From positions 1,302,001-1,366,000 of the forward strand of contig CAJFCJ010000008.1 in assembly GCA_904063045.1 (NCBI GenBank): a stretch of 64,000 nt of DNA. Reading direction: 5' to 3'. Shown here in pieces: positions 39,506 to 52,190 of the stretch (within the stretch, counting starts at the first letter, position 1; each line of letters opens with the position of its first letter). The stretch comes from Dimorphilus gyrociliatus (taxonomy: Eukaryota; Animalia; Annelida). Both the position numbers and the translations under genes were made by a program. The notes below the pieces were generated by a model. The model ran no database searches. It was given only the letters and a program-made list of their open reading frames with translations, and was not told the origin of the DNA.

Positions 39506-42500
39506 CAAGGAAAAGCTACACAATCATACAATGTAATATAAATATACATCCTCTTTTTGGTATGATATTCAGTGTATATACTGTATATGTGCGTGTGTCT
39601 GTCTGTGTGTGTGTGTAAGAACTATATCCCGATACACTGTATATATACAGTATATATATTTATAGTATATTTATAAAAATGCATTTATATAAATGGAAAT
39701 TTGTCTTTGTTACTTTGGTTCTATTTGTAATAACATGGGTGCGATTTCTTTATGGAGGTTTATTAGTGAAGGAAATCTTTTTGGTTGTTTTGTAAACAAC
39801 ATTGTTAAACATGCTCTATCTACCATTCTCTTTTTTAAAATAAATACTAATCCTTTTAAAGAGTTTAATCTTCTTTAAAAACTGGGTTACAACAAAAAAT
39901 ATGAGGATAAGAAGAGATCTGGAATGTTCGTATAAATGTGAAAATATAATGGCAAAATCTAGAGATGGAATGGGAAAAGAGAATTGAGTGAGATAGAATA
40001 GCCATGCACGGGTATAAATTCTCTAGCTCTTTCTTACTTTCTGTCTCTCTTTTTTTAGTTGTTTTTTATTCGACTCCTCTTAATTTGTCTTCTCTTTCTG
40101 TCTCTCTTTCTTCTTTTTTATTATTATGAATCAATTTTATCATTAGTCGGAGAAAATATAGGTTTAATAGGAAAATAATAATGGCAGCAAATGTATGTTT
40201 GCATAGCTAAATCACTAATTTAGAACAACAAAAGTCAATGCAAGCTACTTGTTTCAGATATTTTTATACTTACTACTAAACAAGATGTTAACTATTTTGG
40301 ACGTAGTAAAAATAGAAAGGGAAGGATAAAAGAGCTAAGAGTAAAAAAGACGAAAAATACAGTTCATTTAAATAATCTAATCGGAAGAACTAATATAATT
40401 TATAAAGGAAAAGACAATGGTAACAAAGTATCTTTATAATACAAAATGTCTGTATTCAATGATGGAATCAAGTTGGAATTTTATACTGTAATTATATACA
40501 TGATCTCTTACTTTTGACTAAGATAGGCCTATATTTGTATGAACTTTCTAAGCTTTAATGTCTAATAATGACTGTAATTGTTCGAAAAGAGGAATAATAA
40601 AAAAAATGACCAAAAAAAACCGTTTAGTGTGTACTTGCAAACAATGGATACCTTTTAGAAACGGTTCCATTTTCGAATGAATACGTATAATTCACCAAAA
40701 AAACACAAAGGCTTCAAAGTATACTGTTACAGTCCTCATTTAGCGTCTTAAGTTCGACTCTGCAAACTTTGTGTGGATTCTGATGAGATCTAAGAAAATT
40801 TTTCCAGTTGGAATCATAGATTTCAATACTTTCGAGATGCTCATATTCTTACTGAAAGAAACGGCGGAATTTGATTATTTACGTCACATGTCAATATTTG
40901 GCAAGCCCAAATAACAGCTATAAAAAAGTATTTTAAGATTATTAACGAAGATTTTATATTGATTTTATACATGGGAATAGTAATCGACGATGGTTTGATT
41001 AATCCGTGAAAAATTGCTTCTTAACCGCTATTAAACGCCTCGTTTTATGGCAGAGCTTTGCCTCAAGTAACGCAATATATATAATATTAACACATATAGA
41101 AATAAATTTGCCCAAAAATGCCAAGAATGCTTATGCTTCAGGCTGAAACTATTATTTTCCAATGAAATAACCCAATTTTGAGACAATTTTTTTATTTCAC
41201 TAATAAAATTAGCCATTCAAAAAAATGAAGTACAAATACAGATTATATTGAAATGGGGTAATTTTTACAGATATTAAGCAAATAGGTAATATCTTATTAA
41301 TAGCAAAAAACATAAAAAAAATACTAACTTAAGTACAAAGATTTCTTTATATTATACTATTTATAATTTTAAAGAATATAGGATATTTGTGTTCAGGCTA
41401 TAAAACTATTGTGACAAATATAAGGATCTGCCTATAAGTAAAATAAGACGAAAAGAGAAGAGTTAAGAGGTTATATAAATTCTACAGCAAACGAGATACA
41501 AAATTTTCTTTCCTTTGTTTAATATGTATCATTACTTTTATAGAAATATTTAATTGGTCATTTATAAAAGTTAATTAATTGATAATGCTTTGCTTATAAT
41601 GAAAATGATCTTTCATATTCATATTATTTTTATTTTACATAAGCCTATACGTATGATTGCTTAGATGTTCCAGAAAACGTGTCTGTAGCGGTCATACAGT
41701 CAGACGATAGTTTGTTTATTTAGTTTGACAAGATATGCAACATTTTTTTGCCAAGCATATAGTAGGAATATAACGTTTCCTCAATAAATATTTACAATTG
41801 TAAACTAGATAATATTAACAGAAATATGATAATTTTTTCTAAACAGGGAATGGTCAGATGATTCACATTTGTTTTACTATAGGATATACTATATGTACAT
41901 ACAATACACTTGTATATACATACTTTATATACGTCTGTTGTGAGGGTGTATGCGTGAGTGTGTGTATGTCTGTACATACACGTATAAAATGAAACTAGTT
42001 CCATCTCCTATATAAAGTGCATTAACAGTGAAAAAGAATTTTAAATTTAAAGACAAAGAAATTGGAAAAGATGAAAAAGATAATGAAGAATCGAATAATT
42101 TAATTTATAGATTAAAGAAAAAAGAATACTTTTTTATTTTAGTGGAATGAATAGAATCCAAGAAGAAATATTGACGTTGTGATATTTGCTAACAAAATTC
42201 GTCCTTAACCAAAGTAATCCGATTGCCCAGATACGTCCACATGATTATGTAGAGCTTAAGCAGTGCGTTGAAAATTCCCCCCAATTATACAATTCAGTGT
42301 GGCTTAATAAACAATAAATTCGCTTTACGATAAAATTTCCTATTGCTATTCATAAAATAGATGTCTCCTTATCTAAATATATCCTCACCTATGATAATAC
42401 AGCCAACAACGAGAAAATATAGAATATATATGTAAATTGCCTTATTATATATGCCGTATATATATACATACTTGTGTTGAATTTAATCAGTATAGAGAAG

Positions 42501-45500
42501 AGTTTGTTTGTACAGGAATACCTCGTCGAACATATAAAATACAAATGAATGGATTAAGAGAACTTACTTAAGTAGCGTGTCAATAAGGACGTTAAAAAGG
42601 GACCAGAAGAATGATACAAACGAGAGATGACAAAAGTGAATCGATTAATAACAAATTCGAGGGGACATTAGGAAAATTAGCAATGAATATTAACCTGGGA
42701 TAAAAAGCTCCTATGCAGACAAGATAGCCTTTCTCTTTCTCAGCCAATATATTACATTTGTCTAAAATTATAAAAATCTTATGGCCATTTATATATTTAT
42801 ATATTTAGGTGTAAAATATGTGTGTTATGTTTTTTACAAGTATATATAAATATATTGTTACGTGCGTTTTATATATATAGCATATATAAATATAAGAATA
42901 TAAGAGGGAAAGAGGAAAATCGATGAAGAGAATTTACCGACACCCATCGCTTTTTACATTTATAAGAAAACGGTTTGTCCGTTGTCCACAGTCCGAATAG
43001 ATAAAGGTCAATTCGTTCGTTAAACCATTTTGCCGCTTCTTTCCTTACGCTCGCGCTCGGCCCCCCTAACATCCTTCAAGCATCACTAAACCGGAAATTT
43101 AGGAAGTAAGAGGAGAAAAATTATTTTGATTATCAAATACAATCATCAAACAAGAATTTGACATTGCTTAAGTGCTTTAGTTAACAAAATACTTAAGGTT
43201 GTTTCCAGGTTTCGATGCTTGTGACTCATCTTTTCTCCTCTCCTTTCTCTTTTACAATTCAATTCGACAATTCTCCTCAAGTATCGATTTATTTAGATTT
43301 TATTTAAAGATTCTCGACTGTATCTTTCTTGTCCTCCTACCCTTAATTGGTTAATGCTAACCGTTAAAATGATTATGATACTTTCTCTTCCTCTTATTCT
43401 TTAAAGACGAAAGAATCGCATTAAGATGTCAAGCCTCCCCAGGATCTGTTTTCGACATAAATTTCATTTTGGTGCGTTAATTCTAGGCATTCGAAATGGA
43501 TTGATTTTTTTCTCTCTTTTTCTATCTATAAATCATAAGAAATCTGTATAAAGGGACCTTTTACATGTTGCACTTATTTCACATAAATTACATTATATTA
43601 ATAAGAGATAATGTTGCAAGACTTGCGGCAAAAATAGCAAAGTATCAATTGTACCCTTACAGCTTTATAGCATGTTAAGACTGAACATATCTTCTCTTAA
43701 GACTATCTTTTGAGCATTGTCAAAAAGCTCTCAATATTTTCCATGGTTAATTATACTAGTAGTACCTATAAGAAAAGCTTTCTTAATTAATATTGATTCT
43801 TTTTAGGTATAAATCTTGAAAAGAATAACAAATACATATTTTCATTTACCATATAGGTTTGGTATACTATGCTTAAGGTATACCTTATTATAGTATAACA
43901 TATATTATAATAAATGTATTATACTGATCCTACTTTATCCATCACGTTGCAAACAACTATTATTCCATGTAACTTTTAAACATATATTTACTGTTCGAAA
44001 CATTTTTCTCTTATATTTATGAATGCCTAGAAATCATTTAACTTCTTGTCATATACATTAACCTAATAAATCCACTTTGGCACGAATGGTCGACTTTTAA
44101 GTATATAGGAAATATACAAATGTTAAAAAGGCTTTATTTCGGTACTTTGCCCTAATTTTTAAGCGATTTACTAGTTATTTGTTCTTTTTCTTATATTTTT
44201 TATAATTATTTTTAATATCACTCGATAATAAACTTATAAATTTCTTCTATCTTTTGATTAATGAAAGATTTTTCTTTCTTGTCATATTTCCTTTCCCAAA
44301 GCCTTAGTTAACGTGTATGAATTATTAAACATGTCTATTCATTCATACTTGCATACTATTAGCACAATTTAGGTTTATTTTATAATGATGTATGATATAC
44401 GATTATTAATCATAATAAATATTGACCAGTAAAATAACATCAACATGCTTTTAGTCTCATTGGAAGAACGTCACTCTATTCCTTCAAGTGTTTTAAAGTT
44501 ATTGAATAAGAAAACCCAAAAACTCTACAAAAAGTAGACATTTTTACTGGAAAATTTTTTATTATCAACAGTTAATGAAATAAATTACAATAAAGAAAAT
44601 GAGAAGCTAATTTGTCTTCATTTAATTATATTTACGCTTTATCCATACCAATAAATTTAAGCATATTTAAGACTTTCATTATCTCAGTTTCCTTAATAAT
44701 AGATAAACGACAATATCAGTAGAAAAAGGAAGGAAAGAAGAATGAATTGATTACCTAAAAAATACCATATTATTTATACTCGATTTAGCATTGAAAAAAT
44801 TTCCTGCTAAACACAAAATTCTATCGGCGTAAAGCTCGTTTTTCAAAGTAAACTTAATAAAATCCACATGTTTGAGTAATGTTACAACAACGTAGTAAAG
44901 TAAACGAAATGAACTAAATTCAATTTTTTCCACAATCTATCCGCCTTGTTTGCTCCCCCTCCTTATTGCAGTCTTCGAATAGAATCTATATAAATATACG
45001 AAGAAAACGCAAGAAACACAGTGGGAAGCTTGGTTAAGAAAAAATGGGAGAAAAAAATTAAAAAATGGCTTTATAGAAGAAGTACCAAACTAAGCATATG
45101 TACGTATGCTAGTGTATATACTGTATACAAAATATTGTTTATAAACAAATACGTATTATAAATATACATATATGAATGTATATAAAGTGTATAGAGGAAA
45201 TGAATAATTTCATCGTATCCTTATCCCAATCATACTGAGTTGTATAGAAATCATTTTTTTATCCCTGTCCTTTACATCTGGTCACGTTTTTCAGCCTATG
45301 CTCTATTCTTTCTTTATGAAAGTTTTTCCTTTTTTATCACAAGATCCTACCCAGAAGCGGAAGAGATCGAATTCTGTGCCCCGAGTATTATAGAGAGAGG
45401 ATATAACCGGTACTATCTGGTACTGATGGATTTTGGAACAAATAATCATTATATAACAATAAACGAAGTATTAGCTTTGTTGTTATTATTCGCTTTCGTG

Positions 45501-47669
45501 TCTTACGTTGTCTTTCCTTCCCTCTTATACTTTTGCTTATAAACGCAAATTTTATGAAGAATGTCTTATTAACCATTCAATCGACAGTAATGACTTTTGG
45601 TGTCCTTCAGAGTGAAATACTCAAATAATAAATCCTAAAGGATAAGGTTACGTCGCAAGCAAGAGAAATTAGCTAGCTAATTGAATAATCCTTTCAGACA
45701 TGCTCGACAGCAAGGCTTTTATTCAATATCCAGGAAAAAATTCCCTCCAGTAGAGCATTTTAACTGGCATCTGGTTTAGGTAAAATATTCATCTTCCTCT
45801 GCCCCCTAACATAGATTAGGTCATTCCGATATCAAACGTTCTTTCGGGCATCGATTCCCAATCGGTTAGATAAATATACCGTAGACGGGAGTAATTGCTA
45901 TCAAAATTACATTAATTACGCAATAAACATGGCAATCTAATCTTACTAATAGTAAAGTTGAATAGGCGATAGATTGCGGCAAAATATTCAGATCACGCTA
46001 GCGGTCGTAGGAAGGGGTTGAGTAGGCTTTTTGCTTGTCACTAATTTCCTGCTAATTACAACTCTAGGCCCTTAGCGACGTGTCTGCAATTTTACCACTG
46101 AAATTTTCTTCGTCGCCTCTTATTACTGGCTTCGAACAAAAGAGAAGAAACCTTGAAGAAAACTAATTTCTTATCCAACACATTCGTTCTCTCCTAATTA
46201 TTACATGACTATAGCTGGAAAAAAGCATTGTCTTTTATCCTCTCAAAAAAGTCTGACAAAAATAGAAAACTAAATTTCCCCACTTTTCTATTGTTTCCCC
46301 ATTATAAAACAGTTTTTTTCAGAATAGTTAAAATATTCTTTAGCCTAATTCAAATAATAACCAATATTTCCAGGAAAATCTTTATTAAAAGAATTTAATC
46401 TATGATGAAAGCGATAAATATTTGAAAGAAAAATTGTATCTTAACGCTGGAATAGTTTCAGTTCCCTTTTTTATATAAAAGAGGTTACCGTGACAAATAA
46501 AGCCATAAAGAGAAGAAATATTCTAGGGTCAAGCGGAAAGGGATAGATTAAAAAGCTTATAATATAACATCTTTAAGAATACTATATCCCTTATCAAATT
46601 TAAAATACGTGTAAGTCGAAAAGAAAATTAACAATCATTCTCTGTTTCGTTTATCTTTTATAAATATTATATATAAAGGATATATATACATATATATATT
46701 TATACTGTATATATACAAACTATATAAATGGCTTTTTTTAACCGCTCACAGAAATGTACTCAATACATCTATGTAAAGAATTATAAAATAGTTTTTTATT
46801 TATTTTAGCAGCTATATTGTTTTAAAAACAACAGAAAAGCACAGAAATATCAATAATCAATAACTATTAAATATATATATATATATCTAAGAACACATGT
46901 TGAATTTATCACAATATTTTTTAATATATAAATTTTTTACTTTAATAGCTAGTGTAATAAATTTACTGCAGATGTTTATTAAGAAAGTTTCTCTTTGCTT
47001 TCAAAGAAGTTTCTCTCTCTTTCTAATACTCAGTAAAACTGAAAACTGCAACTAAGAATACTCTTACATAAAAGTACAGTTTTGATAATAGAAAAAAGTT
47101 GTTTAATACATAAGAATCGACCTCCTGTCTTCTTACCTTAGATAGAATTAACTATTTCTTTTTGTTGTAATTATAGAATGTATGCTTCATTAAATTTTTA
47201 AAAAAGAAATAATCTATTTCGTCTCAAATACATCCGACATTTTTCTTGTAAAAAGGATGCAGCTGTCTTTAATGTTGCATTTTTATTTTCAACTTTTTTA
47301 TTTCTTTAACTTACTTCTTTTCTAATTAAAATTGATGGTGCCATCTATTTGTTAAAATTAAACTGTGTAATAGTTGTGAAATATTTTCGTAATCAAACCT
47401 AGCTTCGATACAAACTGTGAAATGAATAGAAATTTCGCAGGGTTTTAGAATTCTATTATGTTACTTTATCAAGTTCGTATCACAATCAGGTTATAAGAAT
47501 CTCATTATTTCGAAATCTAACGAGAAAGGTTATTTTACTTGAGTATTTAAGTATTTTTCCATTATTTAGTATATTTTGAAACATGCAGATGGCGCATTAT
47601 TTTCTTTCATATTATATGTTGCCATCTATGTTATCAGATCATTCTTGACCAGCTTGTCCCAGCTTTACT

Positions 47670-48605
47670 ATGCAACAGAAAATGGAATACAAATGTATTT
47701 TAGATGAAAAAACTTTGAAAAAGGCTAAAGAAGAGTTGAATGAAGATCCGAATGACCGTTTGGCCGCAGTTGATTCACTCCGAAAATGGATTAGTGAACA
47801 AAAATATATTAAATGTAATACGAGTGTTGAGTTTCTACTACCATTCTTGAGAACTGCAAAATTTAGTCAATTAAGAGCAAGAAGTATATTAGAAGGCTAT
47901 CACAAAACTTTAGTTGAAAATCCAAAATGGTTTGCCAACATTGATATATGTGACAAATCCATTCTTAAATTTCTAAATCAAGGTTGTATGTTTCCTCTAC
48001 CTGGAAAAGATAAAGAAGGAAGGACCCTTGTTTTTCAAAGAATCTCAGCAATGGATTTGAAAACAGAGCCTTCAGTGCTGATGAGAGCTTTCTGGGCACT
48101 TTTCATTTATCTTCGAAGAGACGAATATCTTCAAGTTCATGGATTGAAATTAATTGCTGATTGTACCGGTTACACTATGAAACATTTCAATATCATCCCT
48201 TTCGAAGATAGGAAAAAAATGCAAAAGTTTTGGCAAGGTAACACTCCCTACAGATTTAAAGGATCAATAATGTACAACATCGGACCAATATTTGATACAA
48301 TTTTTAGCTTACTTAAACCCATAATAAGCAAAAAATTCCAGAGTCGAATGCATGTTATATCTAATTTTGAAGAAGTCTACCAACAAGTTGATATGAAATA
48401 TATTCCCAATGAATACCTTCCAGATGATTATACAGGAGAGAGAGCTGGTACTTGCCATGAAATTAATGAAAAATTTATAGAGGATATCAGCAAATATCGA
48501 GAGTTCATCTTGGAAGCTACTGATGATTTAAAATATGGGATTGATTTAGCTCTTAAAGATAAGTCAGTACCCGAACAATCATTTAGGAAATTAAATGTTG
48601 AATAA
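47670..48605 (+). CDS. CRAL-TRIO (Sec14-like) lipid-binding protein, clavesin/RLBP1/alpha-TTP-like, 311 aa, single coding exon
   Basis: N-terminal CRAL-TRIO_N signature (KAKEELNEDPNDRLAAVDSLRKWI..FLLPFLRTAKFS) and lipid-binding domain (LPGKDKEGR..QVHGLKLIADCTG..PYRFKG..KPIISKKFQSRMHV..IPNEYLPDDY). Confidence 0.93.
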   Translation: MQQKMEYKCILDEKTLKKAKEELNEDPNDRLAAVDSLRKWISEQKYIKCNTSVEFLLPFLRTAKFSQLRARSILEGYHKTLVENPKWFANIDICDKSILKFLNQGCMFPLPGKDKEGRTLVFQRISAMDLKTEPSVLMRAFWALFIYLRRDEYLQVHGLKLIADCTGYTMKHFNIIPFEDRKKMQKFWQGNTPYRFKGSIMYNIGPIFDTIFSLLKPIISKKFQSRMHVISNFEEVYQQVDMKYIPNEYLPDDYTGERAGTCHEINEKFIEDISKYREFILEATDDLKYGIDLALKDKSVPEQSFRKLNVE

Positions 48606-49247
48606 ATCAGTTGGGATACTATTACAAAGTCTATACTTAAAACATTCTGCTATGTTGTTCATTTTTGTTAGTTTAAAATGACTAATAGAGATAAATAAAA
48701 TATTATTAATTGTTGAGATGGTTACATTTAAATAGTTTTTATATTCTTTTTTTTCTTTTGGTATAACGCCCCCTTCTTCTCTCATAATATGTGCTCTCAT
48801 CATTGAAATAGATAAGATATGAATCATAATTGCCTCATCAATTGTACTAATAATACACTATTGATATGACAATTTCGACAACTTGATAAATATTAATTGT
48901 AGCTCGATCAAGCGTTTTTGATGTATTTTATGGGTTCTTTAATGCATTTATTATATAAATAAAAAAAAATAATCGATAAGAAAAATAAATAACATTTAAC
49001 GCCACCTGTCTCATTTCCTTGAAGTTAGCACAAATAGTGCAGATAATGAATATATCAGAAAGGAACGCCAATAAGAAATGACAATGGGATAGAAAAAATA
49101 TTAAAAAAAATCTACAAAATGTTTTAAGTTGCGAAATATGAAGTTTCGTAAATGTATAATAGATTGTGCAAAATTTTTAACGACAATTTTACATGATTTC
49201 TAATATGTTTTATGTTTGTTTTTGGCTAATATTTAAGTACAAGTTAT

Positions 49248-50736
49248 TTAATATCTATATCCATTGTAAGGATATCCTTCCCCATATCCACCTTCATAGT
49301 CGTAATCTTGAGCACCGTATTCTGGATTATCGTAAGGGTGCTGTCTTTGATGATATCTATCTTTGGTTATTGCATATTCGTCATCCCTTTTACCTTTTCT
49401 TCTAGGCTGTCTTTGTCTCTTTGGCCTTGTTCGCTTTGCCTGCTTCATTGACTTTGGCTTTTTCTCCTTTGGTGGATCCATTCTATTATAAATTACCGTT
49501 AGAAAGTTTTACTTATCACTTTTCATTAAAGAGGTATTAAATAATTACCCGAATCCACAGATAAGATAGAGAATCGAAGCAACAAATAGAAAACCACAAC
49601 CAATCCAGCATAAAAAGTAACAAGTACCGAGCTTCACTTCCATTATCTTATACAGGTGCTATATAATAAGGGTAAATCACCTATAAGATTATTTGTTTTA
49701 GGTATTCTTAAACTAACCTTGAAGTTTGTTGTGGCATTCTTTAATTGTGCTTCGAAATATTCTGGTTCATCAATTGCTTCACTTGGCGTTGTGATCTTTT
49801 CAGTTTCCATTATTCGAACACCATGGAAACATGCTACACCTCCTGCTATAAGAAGAGCTGCAATATTCAATATAATTCATTAAGTATAATTTTCCTCTCG
49901 AATAATTAATTAATTTACCAGTTACTAAAGTCAGGAGTGCAGTTATCTTCACCAATAATGACTTTAATTTCCAACAAGATATACCACCAACAAAAATGCT
50001 AACTAAACTCATTAGAAGTCCAGTAGCAAGTAATAGAAACCACGCCCTAATCAAATCTATAACAAATAAAAAACACGCTTAGAAATGAAAAATAGACTAC
50101 TTAAATAATTTATTGCATCTAACTAGTTCTTTTATTGTAATTGTCTCCCATTTTTTTCTTCCATGGTGTGTTCAGTATTCTATAGTCGCCGACGTCATAA
50201 CCTTCTTCAGCGAAGCAGTGATCGTCAACTTTATTTCTTGTAATCGAATCATAAACTGAAGAAAATAATATAAATTATTTATCTATTAATTAATTAGTGT
50301 GTTCCCAACAGACTAAGATTCTTGTTTACGATATTGAATGATTCATGAACAATTTTTCCTTAGCAAGAGAAAGGAGTTGTTCTTTTTTATTGAATAAAGG
50401 TCACGCCTACTGTGGCCTAGAATTACAAAATCTTTAATTTACCTTAAAAAGAATTAATAATTTGAATAACTTTTAGATAAACTTTACATTTGTACACTTA
50501 CAATTTTTATTTTCATCATAGCAGGTTCTAAATAATCCTCTGTTTCTATTATGATATAATAAGGGATACTGAGTCTTGTAGGCATTGTTGTATTCAGCTA
50601 TTTCTGTTGTTGTTTTTAGTAAATCTTCGTTAATATCATAAGTGAGCCAGTAATCTAGTGAAAATGATACGGCAACAAAAATAATTCCTACTATATTAAC
50701 CAGTCCACAACACGTTAAAAAGAGTGTCTTATTCAT
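49248..50736 (-). CDS. Claudin/PMP22/EMP-superfamily tetraspan membrane protein, about 329 aa; exons 50502-50736, 50124-50255, 49919-50056, 49718-49857, 49549-49658, 49248-49482
   Basis: TM1 is followed by W..(R)GLFRTC..C, a variant of the claudin W-GLW-C-C motif. Four hydrophobic helices; TM4 preceded by GTCYFLCWIG. Six GT-AG exons are frame-consistent (990 nt). Confidence 0.85.
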
Positions 50737-52190
50737 GATTCTGCCGCACCTTTTGCTGCTCTTAGCACGAAGTAGTAAAATTTTGTGTCTGGGGGCGCCA
50801 CTTTTAATAGGAAATTTCAATACTTATTTCATATTCGTGGTTACGGTATTGAAATTTTTGATGAATCAAAGGTGTAGTTCATATTTTAAAAAATAATATA
50901 ATTTAAAATCGTTTTCATCAAAATTATATTAATGTTATCTTTTCATTCTTTCTTTTTAAATACATGTGATTGACATTGACATCTTCTGTTTTTATTAAGT
51001 GAAAAGTTTTGAATAAACTTCTTATGTTTGCTCGTAAAAAAGACTCACAAAATTACACACTCACGTAAGATGTACATGTATATACCTTTTGTCCTCATTA
51101 TTATATTCAATAAATCAAACTAAATTAAATGAACCAATTAGACATTTAAATTAATACTGTATAATTTTATTTTTTAGTCTTCAATCCAATTTGAATATTT
51201 CAACTTTGTTATTTATTCTTTTGCAGTGATATTTCTTTGTTTTAATTGAATATAAAGTGTATGCAATAGAACAATAGGATTAATATAAAAAGAGATGTTT
51301 CGGGGAAAATGAAGGAAATCTCACCTTCTTTCTCTCTTGCTTCTTCCTGATTATCTATATTATATTTCAAAAATTAAATTTTTGTTAAAAAAATTTTAAA
51401 AGTTTAATCGAAAATTTTCGAACAAATTATAATTAGCAAACTCAATAATAATACAAACGATTGATCTTCCGTATACTATTATATAGCACTTGTAGTTGCA
51501 AATAAATAAAAAAAATAAGAAATAAAAAAATCAAATACCATTTTTAAGCTTTTATATAAAATTGTGGCACTGTTACACACTAGATGCCACTAGTGGCACC
51601 TGTTATTAGAATTATTGTTATTGTGAAAGAAAATTTTTCTCCATGTCTAGTTCTTGGCTCTTACAAAAGTTAAACATCCAATAAAACAGTGATAAAATTC
51701 CAGAGGAAGATAAAATCTTCCTTAAGTTAATAAAAAAATAAGCCATTTTATGGATAAATTTCCTTCACAGATTGATTGTGTCTATTTAACAGCAACTAAT
51801 ATTTAAAGGTTATTCTTTGCCGGATGAAAGCTGAAGAAGTTTACCAGGTGTTACTAGGCCTATGCCCTTGAATTATACTGTATATACAAGCAAAATAAGG
51901 TATATATATATATATATTTATGGAGATGATAAGATATTTTCCCCTTCAGAATAATATCTGTACTGAACAGACACTTATTGCAAGTCTAAGTCAATATCTG
52001 TAGCAAGATAGCAAATTATAGATTGAAGAGATGAATGATTCTCTTTTCTTTAAAAAGCGAAAAGAACTTAAAACCAGTTATCATATCTGATGAACCACAA
52101 AAGTTATTCATAATCTTTTTAAAACATTAGTGTCGTCTAGCAAGTGTATTTATATATATATATATATATATACTAATATATATATATATA

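Noticed and set aside
45240-45576. Overlapping 100-aa (+) and 62-aa (-) ORFs
   Set aside because: Low-complexity F/L/Y-rich translations with non-ATG starts and no recognisable domain or exon chain.
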